A DNA stretch of 64,000 nucleotides from NCBI GenBank assembly GCA_963715335.1, contig CAVQRZ010000001.1, positions 1 through 64,000 of the forward strand, written 5' to 3'. Numbering within the stretch: the stretch's first letter is position 1; each line of letters opens with the position of its first letter. This DNA comes from an uncultured delta proteobacterium (GTDB lineage: Bacteria; Desulfobacterota; Desulfuromonadia; Desulfuromonadales; BM103). Below are positions 32,741 through 42,839 of this stretch, one piece after another. Made by a program: the position numbers and the translations under genes. The notes under the pieces were generated by a model. It did not search any database. It had not been told where the DNA came from and saw nothing but the letters and a program-made list of their open reading frames with translations.

Positions 32741-34139
32741 TTACTTCTTGTCCTTCTTCTGCCGCTTCTGACGATTCTTCTCCGCCCAGCCTTCGATGTT
32801 CTTCTGTTCGGAGCGGGAGATCGCCAGGGCGTCCGCCGGGACATCTTTGGTAATCGTCGAGCCGGCGCCGATCAGGCTGCCACGGCCGATGGTCACCGGC
32901 GCAACAAACTGCACGTCGCTGCCGACAAACACATCGTCGCCGATGGTGGTCTGGTGTTTGTTGACACCATCGTAGTTGCACGTAATGGTTCCGCAGCCGA
33001 TGTTGACGTTTTTACCGACTGACGCGTCGCCGATGTAGGTCAGATGGCTGGCCTGCGATTTCTCGCCGATCACCGCTTTCTTGGTCTCGACGAAATTGCC
33101 GATTTTATTGTCGCCGGCCAAAACCGTGCCCGGTCGCAGATGCGCCATCGGCCCGATCGCGCAGTTACTGCCCACAGTCGATTCGCTCAGGACAGAGCCG
33201 GACTTGATATGCACCTTATCACCGATAGTGCAGTCGGTCACAACCACCCCCGGTTCAATTTCACAGCCGCTGCCGATCCGGGTCTGGCCGCGCAGGTGAA
33301 CCCCGGGATGAACCAGGGTATCCGGGCCGATGCTCACATCAGGGTCGATATAGGTCGTCGCCGGATCAACCAGGGTCACCCCGGCACGCTGATGGGTGGC
33401 GTTGATTCTCTGGCGCATGATTTTGCCTGCTTCGGCCAATTGTAGCCGATCGTTAATTCCCATTGCTTCCTCCGCATTGTCAATCAGCAGGGCCTCGACA
33501 CGCTCGCCGGCCTGTCGGGCCGCAGCCACGACATCGGTGAGATAATACTCGCCCTGGACATTCCGGTTATCGACATCCCTTCAACAGGCCAAAAACCTGC
33601 GGTGCCCGGAACAGGTAGATGCCGGTATTGATCTCGCGGACCTGACGCTCCGATTCATCGGCGTCCTTCTCTTCGACGATCCGCTCAACCCCTTCGGCGC
33701 CACGGATGATCCGGCCATACCCCGCAGGGTCGCTCATTTCCGCAGTAAGAATGGTCACACAGGCCGCCTGTCTAAAATGGTGCTCCAGCAAGGCGCGCAG
33801 AGTCTTTTCCTGCAACAGCGGAACATCGCCACAGAGCAGCAGGAGGGCACCTGAAAATCCGTTCAAGGCCCCTTCAGCACAGAGCAGCGCGTGACCGGTG
33901 CCCAGCTGTTCTGGCTGCAGAACGAAATGCAGGCCCAGGCCGGCCATGGTGGCACGGACCTCCTCGGCACCGTGGCCGACCACCGGAATAATCGGCGAGG
34001 CTTCGAGGGCTCCGGCGGTCCCGACCACATGGGCCAGCATCGGCTTGCCTGCCACCGGATGGAGGACCTTGGGCAGGACAGACTTCATACGGGTCCCCTG
34101 ACCGGCCGCCAGGATTACCGCCGCTAATTTCTCTGGCAT
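32741..34139 (-). CDS. glmU: Bifunctional GlmU; one frameshift near 33575 (probable assembly error)
   Basis: ILAAGQGTRMKS, EINTGIY; removing one base restores LLKGVDNRNVQGEYYLTDVV; GNFVETKK, TCNYDG. Confidence 0.93.
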
Positions 34140-34298
34140 TTCAACTCTCCGGAAATTCGAACGGTTCATTATTTAGGAACGCCCTGCAAAGGTCAAGCAT
34201 GGAGATGGCCGAAGCCTGCCGGTAATTCAGGTTTCCCTTTACCGCCATGCCTTGCTCCAGTATATTGGTTAGCATTAGAGAGGGGGGATTCTTTTGCA

Positions 34299-34853
34299 AT
34301 GATCGGACGCGAGAAAATTACCGCGCTGCTGAACCAGGCCGAAAAAGAGCTGAAGGAGCTCGAGATCGCCTACCAGCAGTATTTCCTCGGCCTTGAGAAA
34401 TGCGCCCCTGAACAACAGCGCAGCAAGTTAACTGTACGCCTCCGTAAATTCATCACCTTGTACATACCGCAAACCGATTTGCGCTACCGGCTGAACGGGA
34501 TCAGCAGCCGTTTCAACAGTTACTGCGGCTACTGGGACCGGACCCAGCGCCTGATCGACGAGGGGAAATACGAGCGGCACACCTCCCGGATCCAGCGCAG
34601 GGCGACCGAGGATCCGTCTCTACCAGGGGCAACCGTCAACGACCGTAACGTCGATCCGGTTGACAACCTTTACGAACAACTTGTTCAGGCCCACCAGAGT
34701 TGCAAGATGCGTCCCCCGAACCGGGACCAGGTTGCCAGCTTCCTGGCCAAGCAGGCCGAAACGATCAAGCAGCGCTTCGGCAGCAAAAAGGTTGATTTTG
34801 TCGTGGTGACCGAGTCTGGCAAACCAAAGATAAAGGTCCGCGCCAAAACTTAA
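34299..34853 (+). CDS. Conserved hypothetical protein resembling deltaproteobacterial MXAN_5187 C-terminal-domain proteins
   Basis: YQQYFLGLEK...YWDRTQRLIDEG and terminal VDFVVVTESGKPKIKVRAK; family call from memory. Confidence 0.6.
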   Translation: MIGREKITALLNQAEKELKELEIAYQQYFLGLEKCAPEQQRSKLTVRLRKFITLYIPQTDLRYRLNGISSRFNSYCGYWDRTQRLIDEGKYERHTSRIQRRATEDPSLPGATVNDRNVDPVDNLYEQLVQAHQSCKMRPPNRDQVASFLAKQAETIKQRFGSKKVDFVVVTESGKPKIKVRAKT

Positions 34854-34945
34854 CCCAGCCACTTCCATACCCAAACCGCCATCAGTGCCGGCTCGGTTGA
34901 CGAATACAAGCTGAACCGATAGAGTTAAACCACCCTGGTGCGCCT

Positions 34946-36826
34946 ATGAACATTGTCTTCTGTACCCTGCATGTCCGCCGTTCAGCACAGGCGGTCTCTC
35001 TGGCTGCTGGCTGCCTGGCCGCAGCCCTGCCGGCCGGACTGTGCAGATCCTCCCGGCTGGTCGATGCCTACCCGGAGCAACCGGACCATGAGATCCTCAG
35101 CGCGATTCTCTCTGCGGCCCCGGACGTGGTCGCCTTTCCGGTTTACGTCTGGAACCGTCAACGCGTCATCGGCCTGGCACGGCAGCTGCGCCAGGCCGAT
35201 TCGTCCCTCTACCTGATTGCCGGCGGCCCTGAGGCCACCGGTGACCCGGCTGGACTTTTGTCTGCAGCCCCATGGAACGCATTGGTTCACGGCGAAGGGG
35301 AGGCGGCTCTCGCCGGCCTTCTCGAGAGGCTGGCAGAGGGCCTTCCACTGCACTCCATGCCGGGAGTGACGCTGATGCTGGAGCAGGGGCCGTTAGCTTC
35401 TGCAAACAGGTGTCATTACGATCTTGACCGCGCAACGTCTCCCTGGCTGGCGGGGACCATTCAACCATCATCTGCCGGTGTCCTGTGGGAAGTTGCGCGG
35501 GGCTGTGCCTTCTCCTGCGATTATTGCTTCGAGGCCCGGGGCCAGCAAGGCGTTCGGGCCCTGCCGAAAGAACGTCTGAAGGCCGAGCTCGACCTTTTTG
35601 TCGACAGCGATGTCAGCCAGGTGTGGGTTTTGGACTCTACCTTCAACTACCCTCCGGAACGTGGGGTTGCACTTCTGGAGATGCTGCTGAAGGTCGCCCC
35701 TGACCTTCACTATCATCTGGAAGCCAAAGCCGATTTCATTGACCGCCGCACCGCTAGCCTGCTCGGCAAGTTGAACTGTTCGGTTCAGATCGGCCTGCAA
35801 TCAGTACATCAACAGGTCCTCAAAACGATCCACCGCCCAATTGACCTGGACATCCTGACGGAGAAGATTCACCTGCTCGAAGCCGAAGGGGTTGTTTACG
35901 GCTTCGACCTGATCTACGGCCTGCCGGAAGATAGCTACTCAGGCTTCCGGGAAAGTATCGACACGGTGCTGGGCTTTGCCCCCAACCACATTCATATCTT
36001 CCCGCTGGCCGTACTGCCCGGGACCCGACTGGCACAGCAACGGGACAGGTACGGGATCAAAGCTCAGCAGGACCCGCCTTACGAGTTGATCGCCTCGGCA
36101 AACTGGACTGCGGAAGAGATGGGGCTCTGTCGGCGTCTGGCTGCAGCAGTCGACCTTTTCTACAACACCGGTCGGGCTGTGGCTTTCTTTCCGGCTATTA
36201 TGGAGGCGTTGCAAACCTGCCCCAGCGCACTCTTCGAGGATTTCTTCAAATGGGCAGAGCAGGCACCCGAAATAGACCCGGACAGCCTGATGCAAACCGA
36301 AAACTGGGCAGCAGCAGATGTCTATCGGATGTTGCAGGGCTACCTCAGCCATCGGCTGAAGAGCACCGGCCAGGGGCATTTGATCAGCATCTTCCTCGAC
36401 CTGCTCTGCTACCATTTCAACTATGCAGAAACCCTTCTCGGTGAAGAACTTTTACCAATCTTCGAAGACTCGCCGTTACAGCAAGATGCCTGGGAGACTC
36501 CCTGGCAGCGTTCGAAAAAATTTCGCCTGGTGCCCTTCGCCTACGAAATACTCGATCTGCTCGAAATGGAGGGGATGCATCTGGAGGAAATGTCTGCGCT
36601 GTTCCGGCCCGTCGGCTCTGTTGCGCTCTTCATGCGCCGAGACAACCAGGTCCTTTGCGAGTCCCTCGGTGAAGAAATGTTGCAGCTGCTCAAGCGAAGT
36701 GATGGCAAGAGCAGCCCCAAAGAGATTTTCGCCGGGAGCCTGCCCAAGGCGACCGGCACGGAGCTGCTCGAGTTCGCCGTCAGCGAGGGGCTCCTGTATC
36801 CGGCGGGGGACCTGGTCCCGTCGTAA
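34946..36826 (+). CDS. B12-binding radical SAM protein
   Basis: VAFPVYVWN, GGPE, GEGE, RGCAFSCDYC, DSTFN, DLIYGLP. Confidence 0.88.
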   Translation: MNIVFCTLHVRRSAQAVSLAAGCLAAALPAGLCRSSRLVDAYPEQPDHEILSAILSAAPDVVAFPVYVWNRQRVIGLARQLRQADSSLYLIAGGPEATGDPAGLLSAAPWNALVHGEGEAALAGLLERLAEGLPLHSMPGVTLMLEQGPLASANRCHYDLDRATSPWLAGTIQPSSAGVLWEVARGCAFSCDYCFEARGQQGVRALPKERLKAELDLFVDSDVSQVWVLDSTFNYPPERGVALLEMLLKVAPDLHYHLEAKADFIDRRTASLLGKLNCSVQIGLQSVHQQVLKTIHRPIDLDILTEKIHLLEAEGVVYGFDLIYGLPEDSYSGFRESIDTVLGFAPNHIHIFPLAVLPGTRLAQQRDRYGIKAQQDPPYELIASANWTAEEMGLCRRLAAAVDLFYNTGRAVAFFPAIMEALQTCPSALFEDFFKWAEQAPEIDPDSLMQTENWAAADVYRMLQGYLSHRLKSTGQGHLISIFLDLLCYHFNYAETLLGEELLPIFEDSPLQQDAWETPWQRSKKFRLVPFAYEILDLLEMEGMHLEEMSALFRPVGSVALFMRRDNQVLCESLGEEMLQLLKRSDGKSSPKEIFAGSLPKATGTELLEFAVSEGLLYPAGDLVPS

Positions 36827-36928
36827 CCACGGCAAAACCACAATAAAAGCCCTGTAAAGGGCCCTGAGACTGCGGGCAAAGTTGAGTGATTCTTTTGGCT
36901 CACTTCTGCTCTGGTTCTCAATGTGTAG

Positions 36929-37455
36929 AGGGCAACAGATGTTTAATCTGTTGCCCTTTTTATTGTACTTCGAAATTCCAAAAACAAACCAATAACCCGG
37001 GGGTTGCGCCCCCCGACGGCGCCATACTCTTTTACTGGCCTAAAAGAGTATGCAGAAAAGGGCCTGCGCTGCGCTGGGCATGTCTGGCCCGGCAGGGCGG
37101 CGACCTCAATCCGGATTCTTCTTATCGATCAAGGGTCCAGCTTTCCCCCTCAGGATCCGAGGCTCTTGAGAGCCTCTCCTGCTGTCAAGGATTGCGTCGG
37201 CAGGGGTTGTTTTGGCTTTTCCCTGGTAAATCACACGGCAAGGTCAGGCCCTTTGACACAGGGCCGGATCCCCATCACAGCAGGTTCTTGAAGTCACAGA
37301 CATCCGGCAGAGGAGATGCCCTCCGCAAGGAGAAGGCACTTTTGCATACTTTTGTTGCCGGACAAAAGTATGGCGTCCGGCGGGACGCGACCCGCCGGTT
37401 TTGCTTTTAAGTATTTCAAGAGAAGAAAAGTGCAACAGATTAACTTCTGTTGTCA
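36929..37455. mobile_element. Non-coding structured repeat element (REP/MITE-like), copy 1
   Basis: Core 37066-37411 closely matches the reverse complement of 55742-56086; both ends bounded by GCAACAG..CTGTTG palindromes. Confidence 0.75.
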
Positions 37456-37510
37456 TAAAAGATGACTAAATCGAAGATCTCTGTCTGAACAGACCGGCAG
37501 ACCCAACTAC

Positions 37511-37539
37511 AAACCCCACATCAACGCAATGTGGGGTTT
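37511..37539. terminator. Hairpin downstream of the thioredoxin-like gene
   Basis: AAACCCCACAT...ATGTGGGGTTT. Confidence 0.6.
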
Positions 37540-37605
37540 GTCTACCATCTGTGGGCCTGTAGAACAACCGGTCTTTTTGCAACGATCAGGCAGACCGGGA
37601 CGGGG

Positions 37606-37881
37606 TCAGGCAACATCCTTCATCCGCTCAACATAGCGGGGACGTTCCACTATAAATGACTTGATCTCGCCGACCTCCGGCACACGGCCAGCGATGCGAA
37701 CGACATCGTCAATCAACAACGCAGGGGCAACGTAGACACGGTTATCAACCATCTTGCGACGGTCGCAGAAGAGATGAACCTCAGCACGCACATCCATCTC
37801 CTGCAGGGCTTTGCGCACATTGGCAAGGACGCGTTCACCGCGCTGACCGGCTTCAGGTTTGCAGAGTATATCGATACGCAT
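37606..37881 (-). CDS. Small thioredoxin-like protein (MTH895/Thioredoxin_3-like) lacking CxxC
   Basis: MRIDIL...APALLIDDVVRIAGRVPEVGEIK fold pattern; AAGGA RBS. Confidence 0.7.
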   Translation of the reverse strand: MRIDILCKPEAGQRGERVLANVRKALQEMDVRAEVHLFCDRRKMVDNRVYVAPALLIDDVVRIAGRVPEVGEIKSFIVERPRYVERMKDVA

Positions 37882-37990
37882 GGCGACATCCTTTCCTTAA
37901 CATGACTATTTTCGTCAATTATATAATTCTAAACAAAAAAGGCAAGCAGAAAATGCTCACCTTTTTTTAGTGCTGATAGCGATAACCGGC

Positions 37991-38845
37991 TTAACGCGGT
38001 GGCGGGCTGTTGCCATAAATAACCCGCAAGGCGCGTCCGGTGCGCGCCACCAGGCGGATCGGGTTGACCGGCTTGGCGATGAAGTCGAAATACCCCATCT
38101 CCAGCAACCTGGCCTCCTCTTCCGGTGAGTCCTTGGGAGAAAGCGCTATAACGGGGATATGCTTGATATTCAGGTTGCCCTGCACGGCACGGTACATTTC
38201 GTGGTCGTCCGTGCGCGGCATAACGGTGTCAGCGAGAATCAGATGCGGTTTTTCCTCAATAGCCATCTTGAGGCCGTCAGCGCCACTGCCTGCCTCGATC
38301 AGGTTAAAGCCTTCTTTTTTCAGGGTCGCCATAATCGCAGAGCGAACCAGATCCCGGTCATCGACTACCAGGACGGTCCACCAGACATCCAGCCCATGGG
38401 AGCGTTCGACAATATTGTAATAATGGCGGTTGACCGCAGACTGGATCTCCGAGGGCGTGGTCACGCAGGGAATGACCCGCAGACCACTTTTGAAGGAAAG
38501 ATTGTCAATCGTCTCCATATCGAGCGGATTGACCATCGCCAGGTACAGGGTCTTGTCCTCCGCTTTCAGCGGGAACAACATCTTGTCAGTGGCCGTGTTG
38601 CCGTCGACCAGCGCCAGGAGGTCGGCGCTGAATGTCGCCCGGGCAATATTGGAGACGGTCTTGAAGCCGAACTGGCGTGCCAGGGCGACCGCAATATCGC
38701 GCTCGGTGACCATGCCCATATCCTTGAGAACCTGGCCGAGCCGACGACCGGTTCCCCAGTGTCTCTCCAGAGCTCGCTGCAGCTGGTTCTCGTCAACCAC
38801 CTTGGCTTCGAGCAGGATCTCCCCAAAACGTTTGTGCTTGGCCAT
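37991..38845 (-). CDS. MshEN (T2SSE_N) plus receiver-domain protein
   Basis: RFGEILLEAKVVDENQLQRAL...RRLGQVLKDMGMVTERDIAVALARQ; LAMVNPLD; REC with VVDD, ADTVMP, KP. Confidence 0.85.
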   Translation of the reverse strand: MAKHKRFGEILLEAKVVDENQLQRALERHWGTGRRLGQVLKDMGMVTERDIAVALARQFGFKTVSNIARATFSADLLALVDGNTATDKMLFPLKAEDKTLYLAMVNPLDMETIDNLSFKSGLRVIPCVTTPSEIQSAVNRHYYNIVERSHGLDVWWTVLVVDDRDLVRSAIMATLKKEGFNLIEAGSGADGLKMAIEEKPHLILADTVMPRTDDHEMYRAVQGNLNIKHIPVIALSPKDSPEEEARLLEMGYFDFIAKPVNPIRLVARTGRALRVIYGNSPPPR

Positions 38846-38989
38846 ACGCCCTCGCTCGCTGAAGGATTGAATTGTTCTGCAACAGATCCTCTACAGTAAC
38901 AATTTTCTCCAAAAAATCCAAGCGTTTGCGCAAAGTCCATGAGCTCTGGTCACGCCCCTCTGAACGTGGCCATCGTTCGAACCTCTCGG

Positions 38990-41602
38990 CTAGGCCTCGA
39001 AGAAACCGATTTTCAGTTCGCCGTTCTCTTCATCGACCCTGATGCGGCCGCCTTCACGGACCTCCGATGCGATCATGGCCCTGCCAATCTGAGTCTCAAG
39101 GTGACGCTGCAGATAGCGTTTCAGGGGCCTTGCGCCGTAGACCGGATCGTAAGCCGCTCTGGCAACGAACGCGCGTGCTTCGGGCGTCAGTTCAAGGTCA
39201 AAGCCACGTTCGGCCAGACGTTTCTGCAACTCTTCAACCTGGAGATCGACAATCTGTTCAGTTTCAACCAGGGTCAACGGCTTGAACATGATGACATCGT
39301 CGACCCGGTTGAGGAATTCGGGCCTGAACCCGCTTCGCAGTTCGCGCATGACCATCTCCCGGGCATTCTCGCGGATGATGCCGTCATCGGTGACACCTTC
39401 GAGCAAATGCTGGGAACCGACATTCGAGGTCATGATCACTACCGTGTTCTTGAAATCAACGGTGCGCCCGTGGCTGTCGGTAATCCGTCCATCATCGAGG
39501 ACCTGAAGGAGCACGTTGAAAACATCCGCATGGGCTTTTTCTATTTCGTCAAACAAGACCACGCTGTAAGGATGACGCCGGACCGCCTCGGACAGTTGAC
39601 CGCCCTCTTCAAAGCCGACGTACCCGGGAGGGGCGCCGATCAGGCGACTGACCGCGTGCCTTTCCATGTACTCCGACATGTCAATGCGGATCATGTTCTC
39701 TTCACTGTCAAACATGGCTTCGGCAAGCGTTTTGGCCAGTTCCGTCTTGCCAACCCCGGTCGGGCCCAGGAAGATGAACGAACCGATCGGCCGACGCGGA
39801 TCCTTGATCCCGGCGCGGGCACGGATCACGGCGTCGGCAACCAGCTGTACAGCCTCATCCTGGCCGATCACCCGGCGATGCAGAATCTGGTCGAGCTTGA
39901 GCAATTTTTCCCTTTCGCCTTCGACCAGCCTGGTCACCGGAATCCCCGTCCAAAGGGAGACGATTCCGGCAATCTCATCTTCGGTGACCTCTTCACGTAA
40001 CAGCCGCGTCCCCTCGTCGGCGCCGGGCAGCTTCCCTTCGGACTCAAGCAGCTGGCGTTCGAGATCAGGCAGGCGCCCATGCTTGAGTTCAGCCGCCCGG
40101 TTCAAATCATATTCGCGCTCGGCAACCTCGATTTGCTGACGGACCTTTTCAATTGCCTCGCGCAGCACCTGGACGGACTTGATCTCTTCCTTCTCCGTGT
40201 CCCACTGGGTCCTGAGGGTTTTCGACCGATCGCGCTGGTCGGCGAGTTCCCTGTGCAAAGCATCCAGGCGGGCCTGGCTGGCCTTGTCTTTCTCTTTTTT
40301 CAGGGCTGCTTCCTCTATTTCCAGCTGCATAACCCGGCGTGTCACTTCATCGAGTTCTGCCGGCAGAGAATCGATTTCCGTGCGGATCATGGCACAGGCT
40401 TCATCAACCAGATCAATCGCCTTGTCCGGCAGGAACCGGTCGGAAATATAGCGATGGCTCAAGGTCGCGGCAGCCACCAGCGAGTTGTCCTGGATGCGTA
40501 CACCGTGGTGCACCTCGAAGCGTTCTTTCAGGCCGCGCAGGATACTGATCGTGTCTTCGACGGTTGGCTGCTCGACCAGAACCGGCTGAAAGCGCCGCTC
40601 CAGAGCGGCGTCCTTTTCAATGTATTGGCGGTATTCATCGATCGTCGTCGCACCGATGCAATGCAACTCGCCGCGCGCAAGCATCGGCTTGAGCATATTC
40701 CCCGCATCGATCGCGCCTTCTGCCTTGCCCGTGCCGACGATCGTGTGCAGTTCATCGATAAAGAGCAGGACTCTGCCATCGCTTTCGCGGATCTCGGTCA
40801 AAACCGCCTTGAGCCGTTCCTCGAATTCACCGCGGTACTTGGCCCCGGCCAGCAGGGAGCCCATATCGAGAGCGAAAACGGTCTTGTCCTTAAGCCCTTC
40901 CGGGACGTCCCCGCGCACGATGCGCTGGGCAAGCCCTTCGACAATTGCCGTCTTGCCGACCCCGGGTTCACCGATCAGCACCGGGTTGTTCTTGGTCTTG
41001 CGCGACAGGATGCGAATCACGCGCCGGATTTCGCCATCCCTGCCGATCACCGGGTCAAGCTTGCCCTTCTGTACTTCCCGGACCAGGTCACGACCGTATT
41101 TCTCGAGGGCTTCATAGGTCACCTCGGGATCGGAACTGGTTACCCGCTGATGACCACGCACATCGCTGAGGACCCGCAACAGGCGATCACGGCTTAAATC
41201 GAACTGCAGCAGAATCCGTCCCGCCGGCGACTGCTTGCCCTCGTCCGCCAGCACCAGGAGCAGATGCTCGACGCTGATATATTCATCCTTTAAGTGCTTG
41301 GCTTCCTGTTCGGCCTTGACCATCAGGCGATTGAACCGCTGGGTAACATAAACCTTGCCGGCCTCAACACCCGGCCCGGACACCGAGGGGATTTTTTCGA
41401 GCTCCTTTCGGGTAGCCGCAACCAGGTTGCGCAGATCGATACCCAGTCTCGTAACCAGGCGCGGGACCAGGCCCTCTTCCTGTTGCAGCAGGGCGAGCAG
41501 GAGGTGCTCTCCATCGACCTCGACATGGCCGAAATGTACGGCAAGGCTCTGGGCCGACTGCAGCGCTTCCTGGGTCTTTTGCGTCATCCGATTGATATCC
41601 AT
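38990..41602 (-). CDS. clpB: Chaperone ClpB
   Basis: [17 protein letters not shown]-domain coiled coil, [15 protein letters not shown]. Confidence 0.97.
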   Translation of the reverse strand: MDINRMTQKTQEALQSAQSLAVHFGHVEVDGEHLLLALLQQEEGLVPRLVTRLGIDLRNLVAATRKELEKIPSVSGPGVEAGKVYVTQRFNRLMVKAEQEAKHLKDEYISVEHLLLVLADEGKQSPAGRILLQFDLSRDRLLRVLSDVRGHQRVTSSDPEVTYEALEKYGRDLVREVQKGKLDPVIGRDGEIRRVIRILSRKTKNNPVLIGEPGVGKTAIVEGLAQRIVRGDVPEGLKDKTVFALDMGSLLAGAKYRGEFEERLKAVLTEIRESDGRVLLFIDELHTIVGTGKAEGAIDAGNMLKPMLARGELHCIGATTIDEYRQYIEKDAALERRFQPVLVEQPTVEDTISILRGLKERFEVHHGVRIQDNSLVAAATLSHRYISDRFLPDKAIDLVDEACAMIRTEIDSLPAELDEVTRRVMQLEIEEAALKKEKDKASQARLDALHRELADQRDRSKTLRTQWDTEKEEIKSVQVLREAIEKVRQQIEVAEREYDLNRAAELKHGRLPDLERQLLESEGKLPGADEGTRLLREEVTEDEIAGIVSLWTGIPVTRLVEGEREKLLKLDQILHRRVIGQDEAVQLVADAVIRARAGIKDPRRPIGSFIFLGPTGVGKTELAKTLAEAMFDSEENMIRIDMSEYMERHAVSRLIGAPPGYVGFEEGGQLSEAVRRHPYSVVLFDEIEKAHADVFNVLLQVLDDGRITDSHGRTVDFKNTVVIMTSNVGSQHLLEGVTDDGIIRENAREMVMRELRSGFRPEFLNRVDDVIMFKPLTLVETEQIVDLQVEELQKRLAERGFDLELTPEARAFVARAAYDPVYGARPLKRYLQRHLETQIGRAMIASEVREGGRIRVDEENGELKIGFFEA

Positions 41603-41670
41603 GGCTATCCTCTCTTAAGCGTTTTTAAGATTTTACCAGTCTCCGGTGCTTTTTCCCGGTCGCCCCGGCG

Positions 41671-41705
41671 AAAAAAAAGGCCGGGATCAAACCGGCCTTT
41701 TTTTT
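41671..41705. terminator. Terminator-like hairpin between hsp20 and clpB
   Basis: AAAAAAAAGGCCGG...CCGGCCTTTTTTTT. Confidence 0.75.
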
Positions 41706-41720
41706 CGCGACGGGAAGTTG

Positions 41721-42113
41721 TCAGTGTACCGACACTTCGATGCGCTTCGGTTTGGCCTTTTCAGCTTTGGGAATCTTCAGGGTCACCACACCCTGCCTGA
41801 TGGCGGCCTCGGCTTGCCCTGCATCAAAGTGGTCGGAAAGCAGGAACTGGCGCCAGTAGCCGGCCATGGCAAATTCACGGTACTGGTAATCCCCGGCACC
41901 TGCCGGCGCACTACCCTGCAGGGTCAGGACTCCCTGCTCGATCGTGACTTCCAGGCTGTCATCATCCAGCCCCGGCATATCAGCGACCAGGGTCAGCCCC
42001 TCCTCGGTTTCGAAAATATCCACAGACGGACTGATGTATTGATCATTCTTGCGCGTGGTCTCGCGGGACAGCGCCGAAGTCGGCTCCAGGTTGGCAATAT
42101 TCTTCTCGGTCAT
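41721..42113 (-). CDS. Hsp20/alpha-crystallin small heat-shock protein
   Basis: PSVDIFET, ADMPG, GVVTLKIPK, KPKRIEV. Confidence 0.92.
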   Translation of the reverse strand: MTEKNIANLEPTSALSRETTRKNDQYISPSVDIFETEEGLTLVADMPGLDDDSLEVTIEQGVLTLQGSAPAGAGDYQYREFAMAGYWRQFLLSDHFDAGQAEAAIRQGVVTLKIPKAEKAKPKRIEVSVH

Positions 42114-42153
42114 GACAGATCAACTCCTTTCTCTGTTCAATTTATCGTTAACT

Positions 42154-42606
42154 CTAACGTACCTTTACGGTGATTTTTTTCGGTTTTGCTGTAGCAGCTT
42201 TCGGCATCGTCACACGCAACAGACCGTTACGGCATTCAGCCTTGATCTGGTCGGCAACAATCTCGACCGGCAATTCGATGGTGCGGATAAATTTTCCATT
42301 GCCGCGTTCCCGACGGTGCCAGGTACAATGGCCTTCAGATTCATCCACGGCCGAGCGCTCGCCGGCCATGGTCAGGGTGTTGCCCAGGATGTTCATGTCA
42401 ATCCTGTCCGGGTCAACGCCTGGCAGCAACGCTTCGACATACACATTGTCTGCATCGTCACGCAGATTGATCTTGGGATACTGGCGCAAGCCCAGGCCCG
42501 GTTCAAAGGCCGGGCCGAACAGGCGGCCCCGATCATGGCCGGTGAAAAGTCCGTTAATGTCCCGATGCAATTGGTCAATTTCCTTGAAAAGATCCCAGTT
42601 TCTCAT
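42154..42606 (-). CDS. Hsp20/alpha-crystallin small heat-shock protein
   Basis: YPKINL, ALLPGV, HRRER..GKFIRTIELP, NGLLRVTMPK. Confidence 0.92.
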   Translation of the reverse strand: MRNWDLFKEIDQLHRDINGLFTGHDRGRLFGPAFEPGLGLRQYPKINLRDDADNVYVEALLPGVDPDRIDMNILGNTLTMAGERSAVDESEGHCTWHRRERGNGKFIRTIELPVEIVADQIKAECRNGLLRVTMPKAATAKPKKITVKVR

Positions 42607-42666
42607 GGTTTTTCTCCTCCTGTGCTGGATTCGTGAGTGGTTTAATTGCCTTCGTACCCTGTTTAT

Positions 42667-42682
42667 TACAAACCACGTGCCA
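42667..42682 (-). promoter_or_regulatory. sigma54 -24/-12 promoter for the hsp20 operon (GT variant at -12)
   Basis: Minus strand TGGCAC-GTGGT-TTGTA. Confidence 0.7.
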
Positions 42683-42749
42683 ATTTCTTTAAATAATTTT
42701 TATGCAGTATTTTCAGCAGGTTGAGAGAATCGTGGCAGGACGTTCGGCA

Positions 42750-42810
42750 ACTTGCAACGTCGCAAAAAGATGTCGCAAGCGACACTTGCGACAAGTGCCA
42801 TGTCGCAAGT
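42750..42810. promoter_or_regulatory. Cluster of TGTCGCA motifs, candidate enhancer for the adjacent sigma54 activator
   Basis: CGTCGCAA, TGTCGCAAG, CTTGCGACA, ATGTCGCAAGT, 70-130 bp upstream of the promoter. Confidence 0.6.
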
Positions 42811-42839
42811 GAACGGGTCGGGAACAGCCGGTGAGGAGG

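Noticed and set aside
33560..33585. glmU split as a true pseudogene or programmed frameshift
   Set aside because: glmU is normally essential and both halves are intact. Similar single-base breaks in tkt, the anti-sigma, the porin and the barrel gene point to consensus indel errors.
36886..37456. ORFs inside the repeated element (also 55712-56369)
   Set aside because: Starts, stops and lengths differ between copies and there is no transposase motif; similarity reflects the DNA repeat.
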